64,000 bases of DNA from Euprymna scolopes (Eukaryota): assembly GCA_053919585.1 (NCBI GenBank), contig CM132786.1. One strand, written 5' to 3'. Numbering within the stretch: the first letter of the stretch is position 1; each line of letters starts with the position of its first letter. Below are positions 49,752 through 62,160 of this stretch, piece after piece. A program made the translations under genes and the position numbers. A model generated the notes under the pieces. The model did not search any database. It worked only from the letters and a program-made list of their open reading frames with translations, and had not been told where the DNA came from.

Positions 49752-50267
49752 CTAGAACCTGTGGAAATTCCACGGTAGTTGAAAACTTTTTAAAAAACAT
49801 TATAAATAAAATGAATAAAAAATGAAATAAAGCAAATAATGACGAATTTAAAATATTTTTAGTAATGTTCTTTTATACTCTTAAAGTTAAAAAGAATTAA
49901 TTTTAAAATTTTACATTTTGTCAATGAAAATTCAACACACATTGTTTTTATGAATATTTTTTAATATAAATTATAAAGGAACCGACGTCCATTCACTTGC
50001 ACATTTTTTTCATCTTTAAAAAGAATCTATAATAATAATAATAAAAACTTAATCTCCTTTCAATATGACTTTTTTAATAGCCAATTTGAAACCGTAGACA
50101 GACAGCCATGTTTTTTAACGTTCGGAGAAGGAAATAGTTTTAATGATTTTTAATTGAAAAAAAAGAGCAACTATAAAGGAAGATAATTCGTTTCTCATTA
50201 ATTAATGTTTGCGATGATGATAATTTTTTGTGACACCGGACGTCGGACAAGTAATTCAATATTTAGA
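49752..50267 (-). mobile_element. Non-autonomous Helitron
   Basis: A|TCTAAATATTG 5' end; hairpin CCGTGGAATTTCCACAGG then CTAG|T. Confidence 0.7.
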
Positions 50268-50406
50268 TAAATTATATTATGCTAATTAACAAACGTCTCG
50301 TCAAAAACTTGTTCAGTGATGTTTTCAGATAACTAAATCACTCATTTTCATACTGAAATGTGGACTCCATTTTCTTGGAGAAAGATTAGAAGCAGTTCTA
50401 CAAACC

Positions 50407-51027
50407 ACTTACCATAAGACACTTCAGCATATCAGGATCAATATTAGTTTTGCGGATCTGGACTTCAACTCGTGGACGTAGATTTGTTGACGAAACAACT
50501 GGTCAAAACAACTGGTTAAAACAGGTGCGGTATTGTGGGCCTCGGATTTGTTAACGTATCCTCAAAATGCACACGCAACGAAGGATTGTAGTAACGTTGT
50601 CATTGTCAAAATTTAAAGACTTTTTTGAAAGAAAAATATATTCGTGTTTTTGCTCGTTCGATCTTGATTTACTAGTGTGCATTAAACAAACGAAAATAAT
50701 TTTGTATTTCTGTGTGAAAACCTATCATGTTTCACGTGGATGATGTTATGTAGCGTAGATGGATACACACGCATAAATCGGCAAGCGTCTTTATGTGGCA
50801 CAAAAGGTGAGAACCCCTTTCCCCGCCTTTGGGGTCCTTTCATTAGATGAATGTGTACTGTTCCTGCGATGAGGCACGCACAATCTCCCTATGCAATTCC
50901 AAAATGTCAATATGAATAAAAGCAGGCTTGATTGACAAGTGTTTTGTGTAGCCGAATGCGGGGAGGTGAAAAAGGTTACTCCTGGTGGGTGACGACAGCC
51001 CGGAAAACAAAATAATGTTTCATGCTG
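50407..51027 (-). promoter_or_regulatory. Possible host promoter / first exon
   Basis: Non-repetitive-looking, CpG-richer stretch; minus-strand ATG(50430)-MLKCLM followed by a consensus G|GTAAGT donor (50412-50407). Confidence 0.2.
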
Positions 51028-51194
51028 NNNNNNNNNNNNNNNNNNNNNNNNNNNNNNNNNNNNNNNNNNNNNNNNNNNNNNNNNNNNNNNNNNNNNNNNN
51101 NNNNNNNNNNNNNNNNNNNNNNNNNNNNNNNNNNNNNNNNNNNNNNNNNNNNNNNNNNNNNNNTTTACTTTCTCTCTAAGTCAATGAAGAAATA

Positions 51195-51426
51195 CAGGGT
51201 GGGCCATAAGTCACGCACCAAAGAATTAAGTGAAGTGAAACTGTCAAATCTGCGGGGCAAAATATATTTTCTTTTCTTTGGGTATGAGATACATCTTCTT
51301 TTATGACTGTATCAGCGTGTACAACGTGTTTTTCAGTTTATTAGTTAAGCTTGGTTTTAATAAATAACGTTTATTACTATCAGAATTATTTCAAATCCTT
51401 TGGTGCGCGACTTATGGCCCACCCTG
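51195..51426. mobile_element. Tc1/mariner MITE (copy of 7729-7961)
   Basis: TA|CAGGGTGGGCCATAAGTC...GACTTATGGCCCACCCTG|TA. Confidence 0.9.
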
Positions 51427-52049
51427 TATAGGAAAATTAAATTGTATAAATTGTTATAAAGAGTTGAGACTTGGATTTCGTGCGCGACGGACATATAGCA
51501 GTTTGGTTGCAATCCGTTGGCGATACACGTATAGGGTCAGTTTAATATGCTCCTCCAGTGTTAAATAAAAGAATTATATTTTTATAAAACAATAAATAAA
51601 TAAATACCTTTGTTAACTGGTTTATACAAGCGTTCAATTTCAGCAAACGGTCCCTGCCATTTTATGCCGACGATGGAAACGCTGCCCATAATGACGCAAC
51701 GAACACTCGACGACCGAACCCATACTTGACGGTTATAGCTGACGCTATATCGACCCCCTTGATGTAAAGGAAGTGCCTATGGTTTGATTGTGTCTACCAT
51801 CCAGGGAATGGGTTGATGTGGCAGGACATAACAACAGGTTAAAAAAAAACGTCACCAGGACAAACCAAGTAACCCTAACCGCGACAAAAGGTCGTGTTAC
51901 ATTTAGAAAATAAACTTTGAACGCAATCGTTCAATAACTTGTATTTAGGCGTAATATATTATTTTTTTAAAACTTTTCTGGCATATTATCTGTATATGAT
52001 CGGTAACATGCCTTGAGAAAACTAATAATTTTTTATTATAGTTTTCTTA

Positions 52050-52370
52050 TTACTGTACCCTGGGATTTTAATGTCTACTAGATGGATTTACTCGTAGTGT
52101 GATTTGGTACAGCATTATGACATGTGATTTCTTCTCTTATAAAATTCCAATCAAATATTAAAAACATTAAATAGAGTTCGGAACTTAGGATTGAACCTTC
52201 CACCTTCAGGAGAAATATTCCCGAGTTCGACAAGATACACGTGAAGAAATTCGGAGTTTATATCGACCGAAACGTTGTGAAAATCACACTCAAGATGAGA
52301 ACAGTAGTCCGTTGAATTATAATACAAATAACCAATCCTCATCTCAAAAATTCAGAAACGTCATAATCAA
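52050..52370 (+). repeat. Degenerate relative of the 4165 hammerhead repeat
   Basis: CACGTGAAGAAATTCGG..CGACCGAAACGTTGTG..AAGATGAGAACAGTAGTCCG; the tail also occurs at 26010-26060. Confidence 0.55.
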
Positions 52371-52889
52371 CTGTATTCCTGGAATTCACAATATAATTTG
52401 AAGAGAGTAGAAAGTGGACCCTTGGTTTACTTTTGGCAGCCGCATAACTCTCACTTCTCTTATTTTATCCTTTAGTTCTCACATTCTCATATGAACGATG
52501 TTTCTAACAAAGAAGGAAGAATTACTGTTTTCTGAGTCAGAATCTTTTCAAGGTCAAAAACTTACCGTTGGCAACTTTTTGACCTTGAAGTACTATTATT
52601 TTTTGTTACTTACATCAAGTGGCTTCATGCCTTTCTGGGGGCGATTTTTATTTTTTAAATTCGGCCAATTCACGAAATTAAAAAGAAGATAGCTTAATTA
52701 TAATATATTTAAGTTACCTATTGAAAATATTATTAATCGCTTTCGTTTTGCAAATCAAGTATTATCCCCAGAAAATCGTCCACTGATCGCTTATATCTGA
52801 TTGACCTAAATTTAAAATGAAAACGAAATACGTACTATGTATTTTATTCGAATTTAATCTTGAACGTTATTTTCGCAACGTAACCTTCA

Positions 52890-53370
52890 ATTTTTAAGGT
52901 TTGCCTTTTCGAACTCAGGAATATTTCTGTCGAGCTTGTGAATCTGAACTGAATTTTGAATGGAATCCCTTATTTAATTAACACAGGTAGTATGCTCTCA
53001 TTCCCTCCCCTATGACTGTGTAGAAGTCTAAAGAAATTCTCAGTATCGTCCGCAGTGGGGATTGAACCTCCAGAAGTTAGAACTTAGAACTGACTTTTAC
53101 TTAGTATATTGTCCATTTGTCTGAGGGTGCTTTCTGATTATTCCTCACGGTTGGTTATACGAAAGATGTCTACTCCCGTGAATTAAATAAAGGGTTTCAT
53201 TTGAAATTCGTTGTAGATTCCAGTCTAAAAGAAAGATCCGAGTTCTACAAGATGCACCGGGAGGAGAGAGGAGATCACATCGTTGTAAAAATAACTTTCA
53301 AGATACAAACAGAAGTTCGGATAATCCAAAAAATACGGATTAACAATCCTTATCTCCAAAATGTATAAAC
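52890..53370. repeat. Foldback with tRNA-like core and decayed hammerhead-type arms
   Basis: 52900-52995 is the inverse of 53170-53260; minus-strand B-box GGTTCAATCCC near 53057-53069. Confidence 0.5.
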
Positions 53371-53399
53371 ATAAAGTAAAAATATTCGATGCATTAGTT

Positions 53400-53652
53400 T
53401 TTTTAGAACACTGTGGAACACAGTTGCATTGGTCTGCTTCCCGACCAATTACAATATGGTAACCTTCACAGGTGCATTTGAGAAGTATTATTACCACACA
53501 AGCCGAAAGGCCCGTTATATAAAATTAACAGTAGGTTCTCTGATAGGGGCGCGTTCGAAATTGATGTTTCTTTTAGGGCACAATTGAACACTGATATTTG
53601 ACTTTTGCATTTTAAACTTAAATTTAAGCCAAAAAACGTCAAAAACGACATT
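53400..53652 (+). mobile_element. Helitron internal fragment (near-identical to 56320-56500)
   Basis: CACAGGTGCATTTGAGAAGTATTATTACCACACA...AAAACGACATT. Confidence 0.7.
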
Positions 53653-53784
53653 NNNNNNNNNNNNNNNNNNNNNNNNNNNNNNNNNNNNNNNNNNNNNNNN
53701 NNNNNNNNNNNNNNNNNNNNNNNNNNNNNNNNNNNNNNNNNNNNNNNNNNNNNNNNNNNNNNNNNNNNNNNNNNNNNNNNNNTC

Positions 53785-53912
53785 CCCTTAGATAATCCAA
53801 ATTCTTCCCAATCTACACCATTCACAATTACTACACTGCCACCTTATATTCATTAACCTTATCCTTGAGTGGACTTCGAGCCTTGATAAGTAGTGACTTC
53901 CTTTTAAGAAAA
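53785..53912 (+). mobile_element. CR1-group LINE 3' UTR (another inverted copy at 56958-57110)
   Basis: CCTTATCCTTGAGTGG..GCCTTGATAA, as at 18346-18380. Confidence 0.65.
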
Positions 53913-54110
53913 ACTGGTTCAAACCAGTTTTCATTTATTTGGACTCATCTTTAATCCAATTTTGCAATATTTGGTATATAAACATTAACAATAAATAAAA
54001 ATTAAATATTAATCAAAATCTTGATTGTTAGATTTAGATGCCAAATGCCATAATCATGTATTTCCTCAATGATACTTCATATCGTTCAATAGTGTAAGAT
54101 AAGTTGCATA

Positions 54111-54535
54111 TGTTACAACTGGGTGTTATTAAAGAAGCGATGACGTATGTATTTGTTGTTCGTGTTGTGAGATAGAGACAAGGTACATGTTAATACAGGA
54201 GAGCCGACCGCATGTAATACATGTTGACTGTTCATATTAGAGTGTTCATGTTGGTGTGCAGATATATCGCGTATATATAAAGAGACAGGGTGCATGTTAA
54301 TACAGGAAAGCCGACGACATGTAATACACAATGAAAGGAGATTTGATATATAGATAGATAGACCGATAGTTAGAGGAGATAGTTTGACATTTATACTGTT
54401 GACAGTTCTGTGAATGGGAGTGTTTCTATAACATTGACACACATATATTTCTTTACCTATTTTTGAGATGATTATTTTCACAAAGTTCTTATAATATAAA
54501 TTCACAATACCTTTCTGTTGTTGAATAACATAACA
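54111..54535. mobile_element. Possible solo LTR
   Basis: TGTTA...TAACA ends and an internal 40-bp duplication; no TSD found. Confidence 0.35.
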
Positions 54536-55019
54536 CGAAGACGCGGATACAAAATTATGATGATATTCGTTTATTCAATTCGGTCAGGCGGCTGTTCTTT
54601 AACACATAAAATACATATGCAAAACGGTATTTTTGTGTACACACCTTAATAATTCCAAGTAATGTAACACCATTATAGTTTGGAAAAGATTAAACAAATA
54701 AATCAATGCCAATGGATTTCAAGACAGCCAATTTCCTTCTTTTACGAGGTCATTAATACGTGCCACTCAAATAGCCATTCAGATCGGAGGATTTATGGAC
54801 ATATGCATATTTGACTTTGCTGTTTATTTCCGCTTACTCTTAAAACATAATCAAATAGAAACTATAAATAGTAACGGCAATTTCATGTCGAACTTTAGTT
54901 TCGATAAAAGGCTCTCTATTACGGTTTAATGAAAAAGCGACATTAAAATAGCTAAGTGTTACTAACGTTTTCATAAAAACTACCATTAATCAATGCATAA
55001 GTTGAATATGAGGTACGGA

Positions 55020-55604
55020 TATATCAGTAGAAATCAATATTCGGTGATAAAGTTCACACAGATTTACTTTATGCATCTGGCAGTGTCCTTAGGTAGGTTT
55101 TGTATCGGAATGTTTTCGGTAAGCATCGATAATCGAAATAACCCGATTAAAAAAGGAACAGGCGATTTTGACCAAAATTAACACTTTATAGAGCCTTACG
55201 TCACAAGTGCATTTGAGAAGTTTTATTACCACAGAAGCCGACAGGCCCAGCATCTAAAACCATAGTAGGTATTTATATATGACAGGGGCGCGTTCGAAAT
55301 GAGCGTTTCTGTTCAAAGCACAATTGAATCATGATACTTGACTTATGTATCTTAAACTTTAATTGAAACCATTATATATATATATATATATATATAACCA
55401 AAAATAGGTTCTCTACAGTGCAATGTAGTCTACAATGTATTGTAAACTAAGTCAATGCGGTGTGGCATCTGAAGCTTCCTCTTGGTACACCCAACTAGAG
55501 CAGACAATCGATTTGACAGGAAAATGGGAAATGGGTGATTTTACAGATTTCGATGACATTTGTTGATCATCATTAAATCCGGGCAATGTCTGGTTCCTTT
55601 CTAG
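55020..55604 (+). mobile_element. Non-autonomous Helitron
   Basis: Ends TCCGGGCAATGTCTGGTTCCTTTCTAG|T; shared body with internal (TA)n. Confidence 0.75.
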
Positions 55605-56076
55605 TGCATCCTAAATTATATGAAAATAAAAGCAATGTCGTCATTGATACACAATAACAACGGTAAAGCGGGAGACAGAGGGGAACACGGAGAAAGTAAC
55701 GTCAAGAGAAAGTGGGGAAACATAACATATCTTTGTTGAGCACACACTATGTGTTTCTCAGATGCATAAACTGGAGCCGTTATGTCTGTAAAACCTTGTG
55801 GCACACGTGGATTGAAAGAGATTGGCATTAGTCTATGAGAAAATGATTAACATGCTGCGATGACGATAATAATATCAGCTTAGTCAATGATAGACTCTAT
55901 TTCCAAAGTAATGGAAATAGCCGTAGGCTGGTGAAAAATCTACGAAATGGGTCGGACTTTATATTGGATAGGAAAATGGATATAAAATGAAAACATAATC
56001 TTCGAAAATTATTAGTTGCGCACTAGAATCTAAATTTACTTAAATGCATGGATTATAATACGTCTATGTTATTAAA

Positions 56077-56515
56077 TCTATCTATGTCCTATTATATAAA
56101 TAGAAACCTTGTCTCTGCGTGTGTCTGACAGTTTGTTTCTAATGGGCTGCTAAACGACTGGGCCGATTTTTTTTGCAATTTCATATAAGTGAACATTATC
56201 TGCCTGTCAGTATTCTTAGATAGGTTTTGTATCGGAATGTAATCGATAATCGGAAAGACACGATAAAAAGAACGAATATTTATAGATTTTTTACAAAAGT
56301 TTACGCCTTATACAACGTAATATCACAGGTGCATTTGAGAAGTATTATTACCACACACCGTTATATAAAATTAACAGTAGGTTCTTTGATAAGGGCGCGT
56401 TCGAAGCTGATGTTTCTTTTAAGGGAACAATTGAACCATGATACTTGACTTTTGCATTTTAAACTTAAATTAAAGCCAAAAACGTCAAAAACGACATTAT
56501 TTTTGCACCAACCAA

Positions 56516-56520
<5 letters not shown>
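56077..56520 (+). mobile_element. Non-autonomous Helitron, 5' part
   Basis: A|TCTATCTATGTCCTATTATATAAATAG start; shared body. Confidence 0.7.
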
Positions 56521-56587
<67 letters not shown>

Positions 56588-56594
56588 AAGAATA

Positions 56595-56810
56595 CAACAC
56601 TAGTGTCTGTAGGTATTAAAAATAACTAATACATTAATTCAATTGCCGCTGGATTCAAACCCCGCAACGAAACGATCTGTCTCCATTTACAAGAAATATA
56701 ACCACAGGGACAGCATAAACACAACGATATTTAAGTTAATTTAAACATTTATAAAGGCATAAACATTATTAAATCTCGATCTATAGTGATCAAGGACTAG
56801 ATGTCACGAT
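56595..56810 (-). repeat. tRNA-head/hammerhead family fragment
   Basis: ACACTAGTGTCTGTAGGTATT (3' half of the 48247 hammerhead, + strand) abuts a minus-strand tRNA-like segment similar to 45480-45660. Confidence 0.55.
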
Positions 56811-56895
56811 TTCGCACGTACGTTAACTGACCAACTTTTCATTCACAGACAGTTTTCAATACTTAAGAAACATGTTTCTTAAGGAAGCAGAAATA

Positions 56896-56927
<32 letters not shown>

Positions 56928-57149
56928 AACGTGTGGAAAGTATGATAGGAAAGATGCTTTTTTACAAAAACGTCATCACTTATCAAGGCCCAGAAACCAT
57001 TTGAGGATAAGGGCTAAAAAGTGTTAAAGAGACAATATAGTAATCGTTAATAGTGTAAATTAAGGGAGCGGCTTATCAAGAACTTGTTTACGTTGGACTT
57101 TTAAAGTGCCATATTAAAGTAAAATAACCTCATAAATAATATAAATTTA

Positions 57150-58363
57150 CTAGCTGTGCCTGGCCACGCGTTGCTGTGGTTCAGTTTGGTGAAATGATTA
57201 AATTGAATGAATATCGCAAAATTTTAATTCGAGATATCGTCAAAGCGTGGTATATGAATTGAAACGGAGTTAAGTTCTACATACGAGAAGTCTAACCTAG
57301 AAGCGTCTCGCAGAATGGACTTACGAAAAGTAATTTTATTTTAAGGATAGGCTGTCTGAAAATTTCAATTGAATTGGTAACGAACCGAAATTTATGAATA
57401 ACGACTGCGAAGCATTTGTTTACAAAAACTCTGGAAAAAAAAACAAATGTATACAAAGAAAAGACAATAACACGAAAAATAAAAAATATATGTCTGAAAA
57501 AAATTCACAATTAAATATCAAATGAAGTTCAAATATGAAGTTATTTAGATAAATTTACCGTAAGAAACTTACTAAAGAATTATTAGATGATAATTTTAAA
57601 GAATCAGTAATAATTCGTTAAAAAAATCTGTGGAAAAAGCAGGAAGCAAAAATTTCGTAATGCCCCAAATAAACGGAAATAAACACCTGGAAACTAAAGT
57701 GAATAAACATTTTTGGGGAATGATAAAAACATTGTGTAAAAGCACGTGAATGTCAGAAAAAAATCCGGGGGGAAAAAAAGTTTGTTTTAAAAACAGCAAA
57801 TTAATTCGATCGAAAAAAAATGGATGATATTTTTTTTTTCAATAACATAAAAAATTAATAATCTGTGTAATCGATAGGCTTGGAGAGGACAGTTTTAAGA
57901 AAAACAAATGAATGTAACTTTTAAAAAAAGGAATTCTTGGAATTCAAGATGTCGTTAGATGCCGTGAAAGAAACTAAACAATTAAAACGTAATGTTTGGT
58001 GGGTGAAAAGCCTTAAGATAAACAAATGAATTTAAAATTGAAAAAAAGGGTATTTTTTTTTACTTATCTATTAAACAGAAAATGAAATCTTGTAATTCGA
58101 GAGTCGTCAAATCGTGGTGTATGAATTGAAACAGAAGTTAAGTTCTACCGGAAGTAAAACTGAGAAGAGTCTCGCAGAATCGACTTACGAAAAATATTTT
58201 ATTTTATTTAATGTTAAAATTTGCAATTTTAATTTATTTTAATAACATAAAAACATTCCTCGACTCTGAGGATAGACTGTCTGAAATTTTCAATAAAATT
58301 GGTAACGTATTAATATCGTTTTATGAATAACTAACGAAGCAAGAATTAGCTTTTATATAAAGA
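57150..58363 (-). mobile_element. Non-autonomous Helitron with internal duplication
   Basis: A|TCTTTATATAAAAGC 5' end; 3' CCACAGCAACGCGTGGCCAGGCACAGCTAG|T; 57190-57420 repeats at 58080-58340. Confidence 0.85.
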
Positions 58364-58472
58364 TATAAACACCACTGTAAGTCGGGACAAATACTGTAAC
58401 CAGGGACCGGAAAACATCATATTCCACATCGTAACCTGATAAAACGTATCCTAGGGTCACTGTATCCCGGAG

Positions 58473-58525
<53 letters not shown>

Positions 58526-58529
<4 letters not shown>

Positions 58530-59205
58530 CAAAAGTACCCGTCGTTGACTGGCTTCAAAAACAGCCTACAGAAAACGGACTCTTATTTATGAAAGTATGA
58601 TATGATAGGTCATGAAAAGGAAGGGTTGTAAAGAGACAGCTTCGAATTCGGGGGTATCAAAACCAAACAAAATATGATGAAAGTAAAAATAAAATAGATA
58701 AACCCCATAATTTATTATACCATACCTGTTCACACTGAAACACTTATCACAATATTCTGTGGATCTATATTAAAAAAACCTTGTTAAACTTTGTGACATA
58801 TTTCCATTCTATGGAGATCAGGCGCGAACGAACACTCCCATAATTTTATTATACCATATTTCTTCAAACTGAAACATAATTATCAAAGTATACTTACGCA
58901 GATAGATATGAAAAGTCTTTATCAAAGTTTGTGCCTATTTCCATTCTATGGAGGCCAGGCGCGAACGAAGACCCCACAATTTTATTATACCATCCCTATT
59001 TAAGTTAAAACATACTCATCAAAGTATTCTTATGTACATCTATATCAAAAACACTTGTAAAGTTTTGTTTTCTTTTACTTTTAATTTTTTTATTTCCATA
59101 CTTTGTGGACCAGGCGCGAACGCCAACCCCACAATTTTAATGAACCATCGTTCTGCAGGATCAAACATACCCATTCCTGTGTATCGATACATTTTCTATC
59201 ATTAT
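58526..59205 (-). mobile_element. Helitron-like element containing a ~140-bp tandem repeat
   Basis: TTAGCAAAAGTACCCGTCGTTGACTGG end; CCCA(T/C)AATTTTATTATACCAT recurs near 58703, 58837, 58973 and 59128. Confidence 0.6.
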
Positions 59206-60270
59206 ATGTAATCTATATATATAAAAATGTAACTCTTGGTTCGTTCATAATTAATAGTCTTAATAACCACTGGACGGAATTTTTCCACATTTTGGTATAT
59301 GTTTACTGTACCCATGCGTGTTCTATATATCTCTTTTTAATTATAACATTATACTTAATTTTTCTATAATAAATAGGTGGTTTTCTTTGTACGGATGGGC
59401 CATTTTTTTTTATTTGGGGACAATTATTTCACACCGCATGCCATCACGTGACATCACTAAACGGAACTTTTATATACCAAATTGACTTTTTTCGTTTAAA
59501 AATGGAATTATTTCTCTTTCGTTAATATATATATTTTTTTAATATATAAAGTACAATTGTTGAATGTTATTCTCTTGATTATATTTGTTTGGGAAAAGCA
59601 TAATTAAAAAGATTAAAACGAAGCGAAATTTAGATTTCCATTTCATTTTTACAACAATTCAGCGCGTACTTCGCAAGTTTTATCGTAAGTTAACGAGCAA
59701 CCCCATAAAAATCTGGTAACTGAGTGTCAAATCTGCTTAAAATATTGTAAAAAAAAAAAAACCTCTCCCTAACATACTGGCAATAATTTGGTTCCGTCCT
59801 TCCCGTGAGTGTTCTAATAAGAGCGATTGATTTACTAGGATCTGTATTAGAAGCTGAGCAAAATTATTAAATTGTTGAATTTTTTGCATTTTGGTTAAAT
59901 TTGTTAGTTTGCAATCGCTAAAAGCCCACACAAAAATTGAACAAAAGATAAAATTAAAAAGAATTTAACCCCCCCCCCCACACACACACCGGATTCCAAT
60001 TAGTTTAGGTTCGACCGGCCATCGTGTTCACCGAATTAAACCGAGCGTTGTCCAAATGTTTAAACACTAAACCAACATTTTATTTATTTTTTTGCAGAAT
60101 TAATTAATGATGGGAGTATTTTTCTGTTTATTTTCTTAACATCTGTTGACCAAAAAAATAATTTTTACAGTCTCTTGAAAACAAATCTAACTTTTCTCTA
60201 CTTTCACCTGCTATTTACAGTGTTCATATAAAGCTTTCATCTTTTCTTTTTATAATAAAAATTCGGGGTA

Positions 60271-61131
60271 CTCCTTGGGCGTTGAGTTCCATGGCGACCA
60301 GCATAATAAAATACGCGTCGCTCCCTTCTTGACGAAAGCTCACGTAACACTTTTTTATTTACTAACGTTGTCGTGGTAACTAAACGATTATCTGTCATAT
60401 TATTTTGAAAAAAAATTTTACTCTTTATGAATATTGAAAGAAAAATTACTAAACATTTATTAATAATGCCTCACTTTTACAGACATTTGTTTTTAAATTT
60501 CTTAAATGACGACTTTTATCGACTTTTTTAATAGCATTTGCGGATGGGTATGCTGACATTTGTTTTAATTTCTTTTTAAATGACTTTTTATCAACTTTCG
60601 TTTTTTTATAGCATTTGCGGATAGGTAAAGAACGAAAAAAAAATAACTAAACCATTTACTGATAATTCTCACTTTTACAAATAGTTTTAACAAATAAATT
60701 TTATTAAAGTCAAGATACCGAGAAATTGTCAGTAAATGGCTTAGTTATTTTTTCGGTTTTTACCCATCCGCAAATGCTATTAAGATAAAAGTCGATAAAA
60801 AGTCAGTTAAAAAGAAATTAAAAAAAAAACAAATGTCAGCATACCCATCCGCAAATGCTATTTAAAAAAAGTCGATAAAAGTCGTCATTTAAAAAGAAAT
60901 TTAAAAACAAATGTCTGTAAAAGTGAGGCATTATTAAGAAATGTTTCGTAATTTTTCTTTTAATATTCATAAAGAGTAAAACTTTTTTTCAAAATAAATA
61001 ATGTGACAAATAATCGTTTAGTTACTACGACAACGTCAGTAAATAAAAAAAAGTGTTACGTGCGCTTGCGTCAGAAAGGAGGCGATGCGTGCTTTTTATG
61101 CTGGTCGCCATAGAACTCAACGCCCAAGGAG
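60271..61131. mobile_element. ~860-bp foldback MITE
   Basis: TA|CTCCTTGGGCGTTGAGTTC...GAACTCAACGCCCAAGGAG|TA; arms of about 400 bp. Confidence 0.9.
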
Positions 61132-61259
61132 TATCAAATGCTGTCTTCAAAAAGAAACGTTTACTACCAACTTTCTTTTTAAAAAAAAGTGCAAGTTTTC
61201 CTGAAAAAAAAATTTCACCTAACAATTTATGGCAAAAATAGCGACGCATAAAAATCTGG

Positions 61260-62160
61260 GGTGCTTCTACACTTTATTGCCGAAATTGTAGACGCCATTT
61301 TTTTCACGCACTTGCTATCCAAATTTAGGGGAGGCACCATTATATGGCCGAACGATTGCTTCCGGAAAGGGAAAGAATAAATTTACCAAAATTAACATTT
61401 ATTACTTCCGGAAACGTTAAATTAAACTAAAATGATCATGCATTACTTCCAGAAACTTGGTAAACCGATATTACTGGAGAAAATGAATCTTGACAATTCA
61501 AAAAAATGTTTTAAATTATGTATTTGTTTGAAAAAAAAAGCAAAAAACAAAACAAAAAAAAACTATTTTATAAAAGTCCAATGTTGCTTTAAAAGTAAAT
61601 ACAGAACGCGAAAGAGAACATATATCCGTAATTGTTTAATTGAAAATGTTTCGATTTAATTGATGAGAACGGGAAAGTTTTTCATGGAACAATTTTTTTT
61701 ATTATTAAAAACAGAAAATTGAAATTACATATTCATAATAGTTTAACCTGGGCGAGCGCCATTTGAAAACCAAAACAAAACCAAAACATTTATGAGGTTT
61801 TTTGTTTGTTTATTTTTTCGTTTGTGTGTTTTGTTTTTTGTTTTTTGTTTTTTTTTTTTCGAACAAATAAATAATTTTAAATAATTTTTTGAATTGTCAA
61901 GATTCATTTTATCCAGTAATATCGGTTTACCAAGTTTCTGGAAGTAATAAATGATAATTTAAGTTTAAGGGAGTAATAAATGTTAATTTTGGTAAATTTA
62001 TTTAGTTTAATTTATCGTTTCCGGAAGTAATAAATGTAAATTTGGGTAAATTTCCGGAAGCAATCGTTCGGCCTTATAATGATGTCTCCCCTAAATTTGG
62101 ATAACAAGTGCGTGAAAAAAAATGGCGTCTCCAATTTCGGCAATAAAGTGTAGAAGCACC
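61260..62160. mobile_element. ~900-bp foldback MITE, Merlin-like
   Basis: GGTGCTTCTACAC...GTGTAGAAGCACC; 8-bp TSD AAATCTGG/AAATCTGC; empty paralogous site near 59704-59750. Confidence 0.85.

Noticed and set aside
58263-58295. CTGAGGA..GAAA hammerhead-like string
   Set aside because: No stem I; part of the Helitron 5' module.
58690-59205. CRISPR-like spaced repeats
   Set aside because: The whole unit repeats, there are no unique spacers or cas genes, and the context is eukaryotic.
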